A stretch of DNA of 64,000 bases, taken from the NCBI RefSeq assembly GCF_036365525.1, contig NC_090404.1, positions 4,712,001 to 4,776,000 of the forward strand. The letters run 5' to 3'. The notes beneath the pieces were generated by a model that saw only the letters and a list, made by a program, of their open reading frames with translations, was not told the DNA's origin and did no database searches. Positions 37,250 through 50,340 of the stretch are shown here, one piece after another. The DNA comes from Heterodontus francisci (taxonomy: Eukaryota). Positions within the stretch are counted from its first letter, which is position 1. Each line of letters starts with the position of its first letter. Position numbers and translations under genes: made by a program.

Positions 37250-37544
37250 ATCAGAGAGTTGCTCAACATAACAGCAAGTTAGGGAAACATTGTGATTGGA
37301 GGCGAGTGTCTGCATTAGTGATTAGAACTTGTACTGTTAATGTTAATATACAGTTATTCTTATTCCTGCAATGTTTCACTTTTCAAATAATGATCTAATT
37401 TCCTTTTAAAAGTAACGATTGAATCTACCTCCACCAACATTTTCAGACAGTGTATTATGGAGCATAACATCTCGCTGAATAAAGGCAAAATTCTCTTCCT
37501 TTTTCCTCTGTTTCTTTTAGCAAGTATCTATGTGTTTTTGTAGA

Positions 37545-38850
37545 TCAGCAACACCGGACAGCCCGCTTCTACCTCCTTCCGAAAATTCACAAACAAGACT
37601 GTCCTGGCAGACCCATCGTTTCAGCCTGTTCCTGCCCCACTGAACTTATTTCTTTCTATCTTGACTCTATCTTTTCTCAACTGGTCCAGTCTCTTCCCAC
37701 CTGCATCCGTGACTCTTCTGAAGCCCTACATCGTTTATGACAATTTCCAGTTTCCTGGCCCAAACCGCCTCCTCTTCACGATGGACGTCCAATGTTTCTA
37801 CACCTCCATCCCCCACCAGGAAGGTCTGCGGGCTCACCCCTTCTTCCTTGAACAGAGTTCTTCATTATGCCTGCCTTTTTGTGGGATATGTCGAACATTC
37901 CTTGTTGTAGTCCAACTAAGGCCCCCTGACCCAACTCGTTTTCCGGTATATTGATGATTGTATCGCTGCCGTTTCCTGCACCCGCCCCGAACTGGAAATC
38001 TTTATCAACTTTGCTTCTAATTTCCACCCTTCTCTCTCCTTTACATGGTCCATCTCCGACACATCCCTTCCCTTCCTTGACGTCATTGTCTCCATCTCTC
38101 GGGATAGGCTGTCTAATATAAGCCCACAGACTCCCATAACTACCTCGACTACACTTCTTCACACCCGACCTCCTGTAAGTACTTTATTCCATTATCCCAG
38201 TTTCTCGGTCTCCAGCGCATCAGTTCTGATGATGCAACCTTCGGCAACAGCGCTTCTGACCCGCAACAGGGTTCCCCTTGTCCTCACTTTCCACCTCACC
38301 AGCCTCCATATCCAAAGGATCATCCTCCACCATTTCTGCCACGTCCAGCGTGATGCCAATACCAAACGCAGCTTCCCCTCCCCTCCCATGTCAGCATTCC
38401 GAAGGGATCATTCCCTCCGCGACACCCTCGTCCACTCCTCCATTACCCCCAAAGGCCGTCCCATTCCTATGGCTCCTTCCCATGCAATCACTGGAGGTGG
38501 AATACCTGCCCCTTTACCTCCTCTCTCCTCACTATCCAAGGCCCGAAACACTCCGTTCAGGAGAAGCAGCGATTTACTTGTACTTCCTTCAATGCAGTAT
38601 ACGGTATTCGCTGCTCGCAATGCAGTCACCTCTGCACTAGGGAGACCAAAGGCAGTTTGGGTGACTGCTTTCGGGAACACCTCTGCTCAGTCTAAAAACA
38701 TGCCCCGAGCTTCTTGTCGCTTGTCATTTCAATACCCGCACCCGCTCCCACCCATACAAAGTCCCGCCCCCTCCCTTCCTCCACCCACCCCCCACCCCTC
38801 CCCCCAACTCTGCTCTCTTGCCGAATTCTCTGTCCTGGACTTGCAGCAGT
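37545..38850 (+). mobile_element. Penelope-like element (degraded RT plus GIY-YIG); its terminal repeat resumes at ~40660-41035 after CR1 insertions
   Basis: LFTMDVQCFYTSIPH, FRYIDD, RVPLVLTFH, GIRCSQC..GDCFREH. Confidence 0.82.
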
Positions 38851-38859
38851 GTTACGTGT

Positions 38860-40660
38860 GCTGTGGATAGAGTGGAACCAGTGGATGGAGCTTACTTAGG
38901 TTTCCAGAAGGCATTTGATAAGGTGCCACATCAAAGGTTATTGCAGAAAATAAAAGCTCATGGTGTAGGGGGTAACATATTGACATGGACAGAAGATTGG
39001 TTAGCTAACAGCAACAGAGAGTATGCATAAATAGGTCAGTTTCTGAATGGCAAGATGTAACGAGTGGTGTGTCACAGGGATCTGTGCTGGGGCCTCAACT
39101 TTTTACAATTTATATAAATGACTTAGATGAAGGGACCGAAGGTATGGTTGATAAACTTGCTGATGACACAAAAATGGCTGGAAAGTAACTTGCGAAGAGG
39201 ACATAAAAATGCGACAAAGGGATGAAGATAGGTTAAGTGAGTGGGCAAAGATCTGGAAAAGTGAGTATAATGTGGGAAAGTGTGAGATTGTCCTCTTTGG
39301 CAGGAAGAATAAAAAAGAAGCATGTTATCTAAATGGTGAGAGATTTCCGAGCTGTGAGATGCAGAGGGATCTGGGTGCCCTAGTGCATGAATCGCAAAAG
39401 GTTAGTATGCAGATACAGCACATAATTAGGAAAGCTAATAGAATGTTATCGTTTAATTGAATACAAAAGTAAGCAGGTTATGCTTCAGCTATAAAGGACG
39501 TTGGCGTGACCACATCTGGATTACTGTGTACAGTACTGGTTCCTCATTTAAGGAAGGATGTAAATACGTTGGAGGCAGTAGAGAGATGGTTTCCGAGACA
39601 AATACCATGAATGGATGGGCTTTCTTACCAGGAAAGGTCCTGGGGAAAATTGATATACTGAGAGATTTGGGTGTTCAGGTCTATTGTTCCCTGAAGGAGG
39701 CAACGCAGGTCAATAGAGTGGTCAAGAAGGCATACGGCATGCTTTCCTTCATCGGACGGGGTATTGAGTACAAGAGTTGGCAGGTCATGTTACAGTTGGA
39801 TAAGAGTTTGGTTCTGCCACATTTGGAATACTGCGTGCAGTTCTGGTCGCCACATTACCAAAAGGATGTAGATGCTTTGGAGAGGGTGCAGAGGAGGTTC
39901 ACCAGGATGTTGCCTGGTATGGAGGGCGCTAGCTATGAAGAGAGGTTGAGTAGATTGGGATTATTTTCATTAGAAAGACGGAGGTTGAGGGAGGACCTGA
40001 TTGAGGTGTACAAAATCATGAGAGGTATAGACAGGGTGGATAGCAAGAAGCTTTTTCCCAGAGTGGGGGATTCAATTACTTGGGGTCGCGAGTTCAAAGT
40101 GAGAGGGGAAAAGTTTAGGGGGGATATGCGTGGAAAGTTCTTTACGCAGAGGGTGGTGGGTGCCTGGAACGGGTTGCCAGCGGAGGTGGTAGACGCGGGC
40201 ACAATAGCATCTTTTAAGATGTATCTAGACAGATACATGAATGGGCAGGAAGCAAAGAGATACAGACCCTTAGAAAATAGGCGACATGTTTAGATAGAGG
40301 ATCTGGATCGGCGCAGGCTTGGAGGGCCGAAGGGCCTGTTCCCATGCTGTAATTTTCTTTGTTCTTTGTTCTTTGAAAGATAGGATAAGGTCGGCTTGCA
40401 TCCGCTGGAATTTAGAGGAGTAAGAGGCGACTTGATTGAAACAGATAATATCTTGAGGGGGCTTGACAGGGTGGATGTGGAAAGGATGCTTCCCCTAGTG
40501 GGAGAATCTCGAACTGTCACTGTTTAAAATTAAGGTGTCGCCCATTTAAGACCGAGATGAGGAGAATTTTTTTCTCTCAGAGGGTCGGCAGTCTTTGGAT
40601 TCCTCTTCCTCAAAAGGCAGTGGAAGCAGAGTCTTTGAATATTATTAAGGTACAGTTAGA
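38860..40660 (+). mobile_element. CR1 fragment with a nested younger CR1 3' fragment (~39640-40375)
   Basis: ORFs 38818-39030, 39209-39460 and 39457-40293 (chimeric across the nest junction). Confidence 0.85.
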
Positions 40661-41226
40661 TATTTTATTTATTTTCATCATTCGTTTTTTAACCATGTGT
40701 CTGCCCACTTTTTGTTCGTGTTTGTGCTTTTGGCTTGGGCTGTTCATTATTCTGTCATTTATTATCCTCTCTGCACTAATGCTTCGTCCTTCACCACACG
40801 ATTGGCACTCTCTTTGCCTTTGCCTTTGCCCCATGACCTCCTTGTCTGTTAATCGCTGACCATCTGTCCTATCAACACTTTCCCTTTTGTTCCCTTTACC
40901 CCCAACCCCGCTTTATTTGTATCGAAGCTATTACATTTCTAAACTTTGCCAATTCTGATGAATTGTCAGTGACATGAAACGTTAACTCTGCTTCTCTCTC
41001 CACAGATGCTGAGTGTTTCCATCACGTTTTATTTTTATTAATGTTTTTGTGTCCAGCTCTTACTGACCCTCCCTCACACGGGCAACAGTTTCTCGTTATT
41101 CACTCTATCAAAATCCATTTTTTTTCAAATGTCACTCAGTGATCTTTTATTCTTTAAATTTTATCCTGCTTTTGTTGGGATTTACTATTCACACATTCTC
41201 TAAATGTTTCTCTCTCTATCCTGCAG

Positions 41227-41571
41227 AGAGCGGCCTTGAAGGCATCACTCATCAACCAAAAGAAGATGTGACAGCTCGGGGAGGAGTGATCTGCACCATG
41301 ACCAGCTCCTATACTGAGGTGACGAGAGTTTGCCTGGACTGGTACCGGGATGGTCTCTCCGTGGATCCGGAGAAATTCTCATCCGCTGCACCGATGGGTT
41401 CATTGACAATTCGTCTTTTGCAAGCCGGCGCTTCACCACATCTTTGGTCAAAAAATACACGGCCGTCAGTGAAACAGTTTCACAGGTGACAGCTGCCGAT
41501 ACCAGGAAATACTTCTGAGTCTTAACACCGCACACAGCCGTGTAGGTTGGGAAAGAGCCGATACATAAACT
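41227..41571 (+). pseudogene. TCR alpha/delta-type V pseudogene, no leader visible, 23-RSS
   Basis: AG|ESGLEGITHQPKEDVTARGGVICTMTSSYTEVTRVCLDWYR/..EILIRCTDGFIDNSSFASRRFTTSLVKKYTAVSETVSQVTAADTRKYF*VLT; CACAGCC 41533-41539, 23 nt, ACATAAACT 41563-41571. Confidence 0.8.
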
Positions 41572-42037
41572 GAAGATGTTATGACACGAATACTGTGTCA
41601 GTGAACTCCCAGTATCATTGTATTTCATGGTCGCGACGGAGTGCAATGCTCTACTGGAGAAGTGTAACAACTCTTTCATCCATTTTTCCCTCAGTGTATC
41701 ATAAACGGACAGATTGACAATTTTATCGAACATTGTGCACCCAAAGGATTTTATTTTTGTTGACCACAAATTACAGATATCTCAAAAACACTTGGACTCC
41801 CAAATTCCTTCATTCATCCACAAGAGTCAGCGTCTGAGTCAATGACACCATTTCTGGCACAGAATTTCACATTCATACTTCTTACTTTGTGATAAACTTC
41901 CTTTTATTTAAAAGTCAATCTTCTGCTGTTTGAAAGCTCACACTATTGGCTATCTTTATTGTCGCTGGTTCCACAGGGAAAAGCAGAGTTTCTTCTTTGC
42001 TTTGCATAGTTACAGTCCATTTTACCAGATTGTGTTG

Positions 42038-42358
42038 ATGAGCGGTCACCTCCTCCTGGGAATGCCCCGTCCATCCACCCCCAACACCTTGGATTCAGTC
42101 TCCAAACCTCTCAGTCATTCTCTCCGCTCAACAGGACACCTGTCGGGACCCAGGAAGCTCCCGGCAGAAAGGAGGTTCTGTTTGGAATGACTCCATTAAT
42201 GACTGGGCAGTGGAGGGCTGAAGCTCCCACAATTCATAGCAGCTAGCAAACGCCTGGGATGTCGCTGACAGTGACGTTTCAGTCAATGATATCGCATTTG
42301 CGAATGTGTGGGTCGTGAGCCATCTGACATCAGCAAACAAGACCTTCAAGTTTTTGAA
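42038..42358 (+). pseudogene. Possible heavily degraded V remnant truncated by a Penelope element
   Basis: MSGHLLLGM leader-like start; acceptor at 42134 then GHLSG; WVVSHLTSANKTFKF resembles WFVSMLTKDAKITEL of the 31.5-kb V. Confidence 0.35.
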
Positions 42359-43283
42359 AGCAAGAAATGCTGGAAATACTCAGTAGGTCTGGCAGCATCT
42401 GTGGAGAAGAAGCAGAGTTGATGTTCACTGGAACGGACAGAGATGTGAGCTTGAGAGCGGGGGGACTGTTGAAATGGCAAGCAACCGGAAGCTCGGGGTC
42501 ATGCTTTCGGATTGGGCGGAGGTGTTCCGCAACGTGGGCACCCAGTTTGCATTTGGTCTCCCCAGTGTAGAGGAGACCATATTGTGAGCAGCGAATACAG
42601 TATACTACAGTGAAAGAAGTATGAGTAAATCGTTGGTTAACCTGAAATGAGTGTTTGGGGCCTTGGATAGTGAGGAGAGAGGAGGTAAAGGGGCAGGTAT
42701 TACACCTCCTGCGATTGCAGGGGAAGGTGCCTTGGGAAAGGGACGAGGTGGAGTGGGTAATGGAGGAGTGGACCAGGGTGTCGCGGAGGGAATGATCCCT
42801 TCAGAATGCAGACATGGGAAGGGAGGGGAAGATGCATTTGGTAGTGGCATCACGCTGGACGTGGCGTAAATGGCGCTGGATGATCCCTTTGAATATGGAG
42901 ACTGATGGGGTGGAAAATGAGGACAAGGGGAACCCTGTCGCGGTTCTGAGAGGGGGGGAAGGAGTGAGGGTAGAGGTGCAGGAAATGGGCCGGACATGTT
43001 TGAGAGTCCTGTCAACCACAGAGGGGGGAAATTCTTGGTTGAGGAAAAGGAGAAGTCATATCAGAAGCGCTGTCATGGAAGGTAGCATCATCACAGCAGG
43101 TCCATCGGAGACAGAGAAAGTGGGAGAATGGAATGGAGTCCTTACAGGAGGCTAGGTGTGATGAAGTCTAGTCAAGGTGGCTGTGGGAGTCGGTGGGCTT
43201 ATAATGGATATTAGCAGACAGCCTATCCCCAAAGATGGAGACGGAGAAGTCGAGGAAGGGAAGGGCAGTGTCGAAGATGGATG
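42358..43283 (-). mobile_element. Penelope-like element fragment
   Basis: Reverse copy of the 37.9-38.7-kb sequence (LPFLDFSVSI, HYKPTDSHSHLD). Confidence 0.8.
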
Positions 43284-43289
43284 GTTTCC

Positions 43290-43510
43290 CATGATATTTC
43301 CTGAATCTGTAACTCTGCAATGCAGGAGAATCTCTGACGGAGCAGAAATACAAATCCCACTCCCCCTCCTCTGCTGATCCAACCAATGACAAGAATGGAC
43401 CCGCGGCAGCACTCCCTCCAATAACACAATCGGGTCAGAGCAAGAGCAGCAAACGGAAGTTGTGGGCGAGGATGCCGCAGACTCAAAATTTGAGTGAAGT
43501 GTGAGGCGAC
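43290..43510 (-). promoter_or_regulatory. Orphan V promoter/5'UTR and ATG, paralogous to 31835-32050
   Basis: CATGATATTTCCTGAATCTGTAACTCTGCA vs TATGATGCTTTCTGAGTCTGTAACTCTGCA; shared downstream CAGAGC..AGCA..GAAGT..GGGCG.GG.TGCCGC blocks. Confidence 0.55.
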
Positions 43511-44044
43511 ACTCTGCTGCACTCGGAACTGATTGAGCGGGAATAGTGTCTGTTGAATCTCCAGAATTCTGTGGCTATTCTCCACCTGCTTACTGTTCAG
43601 TTGACTGGGAAATTTAGAGTGGAGGGAGAATGAAGGTACCAGAATAATAGAATCTGAGAGCACAGAGTGAGGCCATTCGGCCTATACTCCCGATGCCTCT
43701 TTGGAAGAGTTCACTAATTCATACCTCACCCCCTACATTTTTCACATTGTCCTGTTTTGTTGTGCATTTTCAAGTATATATAGAATTCCCTTTCGAAAAT
43801 TACTGTTCAATCTGCTTCCACCACCCTTTCAAGCAGTACATTCCAAATCTTAACAAATCACCGTGTATTAAATATAACTCAATTTTCCCTGTCATTTTTC
43901 AACAACTCTTTTAAATTGGAGTCCTTGGGATACACAATTTTATGCCAGTAGAAACAGTTACGTGCAATCTACTCTCTACTGATATATGGAGAACAATCCC
44001 AGCTTTCTCTCGTCCCTCTGCATAAAAGTTCATCATTTTACTTA

Positions 44045-45160
44045 TTCTTTAATCGGAGGTGGGCATCTCTGGTGAGGTCAGTATTTAATACCTGTCTCTA
44101 CTTGCCTTTGATAAGGTGGTGGTGAGCTGCCTTCTTGAACTACCGCAGTCCTGGGGGTGCTGGGTCACCCACAGTGCTATTAGGAAGGGAGCTCCAGGAT
44201 TTTGACCCAGCAACAGTGAAGGAACAGCGCTTTAGTTTCAAGTCAGGATGGTGTGTGGTTTGGAGGGGAACTTGCAGCTGCTGGCGTTCCTAAGTTTCTA
44301 CCGTTCTTGTCCTTCTAGGTGTTAGAGATCACGGGAATGGAAGGTACTGTCCAAGGCGTCTTGGTGCGTTGCTGCAGTGCATCTTGTAGATGGTACACAC
44401 TGCTGCTACTGTGTGTGGGTGGTGGAGTGAGTGAATGCTGAAGGTTGTGGATGTGATGCCGATCAAGCGGGCTGCATTCTCCTGGATGGTGTCGAGCTTC
44501 CTGACTGTTGTTGGAGCTGCACGCATACAGGCAAATGGAGGGTATTCCATCACACTCCTGACTTATGCATGTAGGTGGAGGACAGGCTTTGTGGAGACAG
44601 TAAGTTAGTCACTCGCCGCAGAATTCCTAGCCTCTGACCTGCTCTAGTAGCCATAGTACTTTTATGGCTGGTCCAACTCAGTTTCTGGTCAATGATAACC
44701 TGCAGAATTAGGTACGTGGGGGATTCAGCAATGGCAATGGTATTGTACATCAAGGGAAGATGGTTCGATTCTCTTTTGTTTGAGATGGTCATTGCCTGGC
44801 ACCTGCGTTGTGTGAAGTTTACCTGCCACTTATCAGCCCAAGCCTGGATGTTGTCCAGTTCTTGCTGCATCTGGATACGGACTGCCACGAATGGTGCTGA
44901 ACATTGTGCAATCCTCAGCGAATATACCAATTCTGACCTTATTATTGAAGGAAGGTCATTGACGAAGCAGCTGAGGATGGTCTTTCCTCGGACACTACCC
45001 TGAGGAACCCATGCAGTGATGTCCTGGGACTGCGATGATTGACCTCCAACAACCACAACCATCTTCATTTGTCCAGGTATGACTCCAACCAGCGGAAATG
45101 TTCCCCCTTGATTCTCATGGACACCCGTTTTGCTCAGGCTCCTTGATGCTATACTCCTGC
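44045..45160 (-). mobile_element. Second LINE family 3' portion (same family as 26655-28030)
   Basis: ORFs 44329-44553 and 44550-45248. Confidence 0.85.
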
Positions 45161-45829
45161 TACCATTTTGGTTTACTTCCTCTGCACTCGCTTCAATGTC
45201 TTGAGATTCTTTTTCAATCGTGGGGACAGCTGTTAAGCTAACAGGCATATAATTTCCTGCTGTCTGTCACACCACTTTTTGCGAGTTTTCAATCCTCTCG
45301 GAGGTTTCCAGAATCTAGGGTATTTTGGGAGATTGCAACCAATACATCCACTATCTCTACAGTGACTTCTTTTAAAGGGAGATGGAATGGAGCAAGGTGA
45401 GGGGATCCCTCGGCTGATGTTCAGTGAGTTCAGGAAGATGGTATCAGAGGGAATGGAGCAGGGAGAGAAGATTCCTGGGGTGATCTTCAGTGAGTTCAAG
45501 GAGATGGTGTAAGAGGGAATAGAGCAGAACAAAGAGGAAGTTCATCTGAGGCGGGGGGGCGGGGGGGGGTGGGGGTGGTTGCGGATTGCAAATAACGAGG
45601 TATAGTAGAAATGATGGAGGCAGTGATTCAACATGTGCATAACAGAAAAGTGGACACTGTGTGTGTATCTGACAGAACAGGTGGACAGTGTGGTTTGTGT
45701 ATATAACAGTAAATTTGAAGTTAGAGTCTATGTGTCAGATAGGCCTCAGAATCCGGGGCTCATTCCGACCGTTTGTCCTCCCTCTTGTGTCTACCAGATC
45801 CCAGGCTCTGGGAGTCATCCGAGCAAATA

Positions 45830-48800
45830 ACTTGATTAAAATTCATTGAAACCCTAATTAACTAATTAATTAATAAATAGAGGAGCAACTACACCGAAGG
45901 GAGGAGATTACAGCATTTAATATTTATAGTAGAAATCTAGCGCTAGGGACCATATAGTTAATTGTAACTTTATTTAGTAAGGATTTAATAAGTATTTCTT
46001 TTAAATTAATTTATTAATTAGTGCTAGAAATGTCTGTTAGAGGTGTAAAGTGCTTCATTGTGAGATGTGGGAGGTCCGTGACACTTCCAGCATTGCGGAC
46101 AACGTCATCTGCAAGAAGTGTACCCAATTGCAGCTCGTCACAGACCGCATGGATCGGTTGGAGCAGCAATTGGATGCGATTAGGAGCATGCAAGTGGTGG
46201 ATAGCATCATAGACAGGAGTTTTAGAGACGTGGGTACACCCAAGGTGCATGCAGATGGATGGGTGACCGCTAGAAGGGGCAGGCAGTTAGTGCAGGAATC
46301 CCCTGTGGCTGTCCACCTCTCTAACAAGTATACCGTTTTGGATACTGTTGGGAGGGATGGCCTATCAGGGGAAAACAACAGCAGCAGCCACAGCAGTGGC
46401 ACCACGGCTGGGACTGTTGTTCAACAGGGAGTGACAAAGCGCAGAAGAGCATTAATTCTTGGGTACTCTATAGTCAGGGGCACGGATAGGCACTTCTGAG
46501 GACGTGAACGAGACTCTCGGATCGTATACTGCCTTCCTGGTGCCAGGGTCAAGGATGTCTCTGAACGGGCAGGGGGCATTCTGAAGGGGAGGGTGAACAG
46601 CCAGAGTTTGTGGTACACATTGGTACCAACGACATAGGCAGGAAGAATGACGGGGTTCTGCAGCAGGAATTCCGGGAGTTAGGTAGTAAGTTAAAAAACA
46701 GGACCTCTAGGGTTGTAATCTCGGGATTACTCCCTGTGCCACGTGCCAATGAGACTGGAAATAAGAAGATAGTGCAGCTGAACACGTGGCTAAACAGCTG
46801 GTGGAGGAGGGAGGGTTTCAGATATCTGGATCATTGGGGTCTCTTCCGGGGCAGGTGGGACCTGTACAAGAAGGATGGGTTGCATCTAAACTGGAGGGGC
46901 ACAAATGTCCTGGCCCCGACTTTTGTTAGCGTCACTCGGGAGGGTTTAAACTCGTGTGGCAGGGGGGTGGGAACAAGAGCAGTTGGTCAGCAGGTGAAAC
47001 AACTGAGGGGGAACTAGTAAATAAGGCCAGTAAGACTGAGAGGAAGAGCAGGCAGGGAGATGTTGCTGAGCACTGCGGGACTGGTGGTCTGAAGTGCATT
47101 TGTTTCAATGCGAGAAGTATAACAGGTAAGGCAGATGAAATTAAAGCTTGGATTAGTACTTGATGTTGTTGCTATTACAGAGATTTGGTTGAGGGAAGGG
47201 CAGGATTGGCAGCTAAATGTTCCAGGATTTAGAAGCTTCAGGCGGGATAGAGGGGGGTGTAAAAGGGGTGGGGGAATTGCATTACTGGTTAAGGAGAATA
47301 TCACAGCTGTACTGCGGGAGGACACCTAAGAAATACCTCGGCAGCGAGGCAATATGTAGAGCTCAGGAATAGGACGGGTGCAGTCACAATGTTGGGAGTT
47401 TACTACAGGCCTCCCAACAGCCAGCGGGAGAGAGAGAAACATATATGTAGATAGATTTTGGAAAGATGTAAAAGCAACAGGTTTGTTGTGGTCGGTAATT
47501 TAAACTTCCCCTGTATTGACTGGGACTCAATTAGTGCTAGGGGCTTGGATGGGGCAGAATTTGGAAGGAGCATCCAGGGGGGCTTCTTGAAACAATGTGT
47601 AGATTGTCCAACTAGGGAAGGGGCCGTACTGTACCTGGTATTGGGGAATGAGCCCAGCCAGGTGGTCGATGTTTCTGTAAGGGAGCATTTCCGGAACGGT
47701 AGCCATAATTCCGTAAGTTTTAAGGTACTTGTGGATGAGGATAAGAGTAGTCCTCCGGTGAAGGTGCTAAATTGGAGGAAGGCTAATTATAACAATATTA
47801 GGCAGGAACTGAAGAATTTAGATTGGGGGCGGCTGTTTGAGGGTCAATCAACATCTGACATGTGGGAGTCTTTCAAACGTCAGTTGATTAGAATCCAGGA
47901 CCGGCATGTTCCTGTGAGGATGAAAGATAAGATAGGCAAGTTTCGGGTACCTTGGATAACGAGGGATATTGTGAGCCTAGTGAAAAAGTAAAAGGAAGCA
48001 TTCGTAAGGGCGAGAAGGCTGGGAACATACGAAGCCCTTGAGGAATATAACGAAAGTAGAAAGCAACTTAAGCAAGGAATCAGGAGGGTTAAAAGCGGTC
48101 ATGAAAAGTCTTTGACAAACAGGATTAAGGAGAATCCCAAGGCTTTATATACGTATATAAAGAACAAGAGGGTAGCCAGGGTAAGGGTTGGTCCACTCAA
48201 GGACAGAGGAGGAAACCTATGCATGGAGTCTCAGGAAGTGTGCGAGGTACTAAATGAGTACTTTGTATCAGTATTCACCCAAGAGAAGGACTTGGTGGAT
48301 GATGAGTCCGGGGAAGGGAGTGTAGATAGTCTGGGTCATGTCGATATCAAAAAGGAGGTGTCTTGAAAAACATTAAGATAGAGATGTCCCCAGGGCCTGA
48401 TGGGATCTACCCCAGAATACTGAGGGAGGCAAGGGAGGAAATTTCTGGAGCCTTGACAGAAATCTTTGTATTCTCATTGGCTACAGGTGAGATCCCAGAG
48501 GACAGGAAAATAGCCAATGTTGTTCCTTTGTTTTAGAAGGGTGGTAAGGATAATCCAGGAAATTAGAGGCCGGTGAGCCTTACGTCAACGGTAGGGAAAT
48601 TATAAGAGAGGATTCTTCGGGACAGAATTTATTCCCATTTGGAAACAAATGGACTTATTAGCGAGAGGCAGCATGGCTTTGTGAAAGAGAGGTCGTGTCT
48701 CACTAACTTGATCGTGTTGTTTGAGGAAGTGACGAAGATGATTGATGAAGGAAGGGCAGTGGAAGTTGTCTACATGGACTTCAGTAAAGCCTTTGACAAG

Positions 48801-49890
48801 GTCCTTCATGGAAGATTGCTACAAAAGGTGAAGTTACACGGGATCAGAGGTGAGCTGGCAAGATGGATGCAGAACTGGCTCGGTCATAGAAGACAGAGTG
48901 AAGCAGTGGAAGGGTGCTTTTCTGAATGGAGGACTGTGACTAATGGTGTTTTACAGGGATCAGTGCTGGGACCTTTGCTGTTTGCAGTATATGTAAATGA
49001 TTTGGAGGGAAATGTAGCAGGTCTGATTAGTAAGTTTGCGGACGACGCAAAGGTTGGTGGAGTTGAGGATAGTGATGAGGATTGTCAGAGGATACAGCAG
49101 GATATTGATTGGTTGGAGACATAGGCAGAGAAATGGCAGTTGGAGTTTAATCTGGACAAATGTGAGGTAATGCATTTTGGAAGGTCTAATACAAGTGGGA
49201 AGTATACAGCAATGGCAGAACCCTTAGGAGTATTGACAGGCAGAGCGATCTGGGCGTACAGGTCCAAAGATCACTGAAAGTGGCAACGCAGGTGGATAAG
49301 GTAGTCAAGAAGGCATATGGCATGCTTGCCTTCATCGGTTGGGGCATAGAGTATAAAAATTGGCAAGTTATGCTGCAGCTGTACAGACCCTCAGTTAGGC
49401 CACACTTGGAATATTGCATTCAATTCTGGTCGCCATACCACCAGAAGCATGTGGAGGCTTTGGAGAGGCTACAGAAGCGGTTTGCCAGGATGTTGCCTGG
49501 TCAGGAGGGTATTAGCTACCAGGAGAGGTTGGATAAACTCGAATTGTTTTCAACGGAACGACGGAGGTGGAGGGGTGACATGATAGAGGTTTACAAAGTT
49601 ATGAATTGCATGGACAGAGTGCTTAGTCGGAAGGTTTTTCCCAGGGTGGAAAAGACAGTTACTAGACGACATAGGGTTAAGGTGCGAGGGGCAAAGTTTA
49701 AAGGGGATGTGCGAGGCAAGTTCTTTACACAGAGGGTGGTGAGTGCCTGGAACCTGCTGCCGGGGGAGGTGGTGGAAGCAGGTACGATAGTCGCGTTTAA
49801 GAGGCATCTTGACAAATGCACGAATAGGATGGGAATAGAGGGATACGGTCCCCGGATGTGCAGAAGGTTTTAGTTTAGACAGGCATTGTT
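45830..49890 (+). mobile_element. Near full-length CR1 LINE: ORF1 (CxxC zinc finger, coiled coil, SGNH esterase) and frameshifted ORF2 (APE-RT)
   Basis: ORFs 46050-46499, 46610-47017 (HIGTND, DGLHLN), 47458-47991, 48639-49124 (FADD) and 49280-49873. Confidence 0.92.
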
Positions 49891-50154
49891 CATTGTTCTT
49901 TGAATTGTGCCTCCTTCTTTGTCTAATATGCTTCAGGATTAGGAAGTCATTCCCAGGGGTTGTCCTCTCTGATGTATTAGATAGTCCCTTGGATGTGGAC
50001 TCATTCATCGTGTTTTTGCTCCCTTTTGTGGGAGATGGACCCCAGGCTCTTGGAATAATTCCCAGCATTTATTCTTAATGGTCTATCGTTCCAGATATTC
50101 ATTAGTCTTGAGGAATCATTCCCAGCGTTTATTGTCTCTCATGTCTGTGTTATA

Positions 50155-50340
50155 TTTCTAACCTGGTCTGTGCCTGCCCTGGGAGCGTTTGCTGGTGCAG
50201 TGCAGAGGGAGCTTTACTGTGTATCTAACCCGTGCTGTGCCTGCACTGAGAGTGTGTGTTGTGGCAGGGTGAAGGGAGCTGTACTCTGCATTATCCCGTG
50301 CACGACCTATTCTGGGAGTGTTTGATGGACAGAATTCTTT
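50155..50340 (+). repeat. ~65-bp degenerate tandem repeat (GGGAGTGTTTGATGG.ACAG.GTAGAGGGAGCTTTACT.TGTATCTAACCCGTG)
   Basis: About three units; inverted array of the same family at ~61100-61490. Confidence 0.7.
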
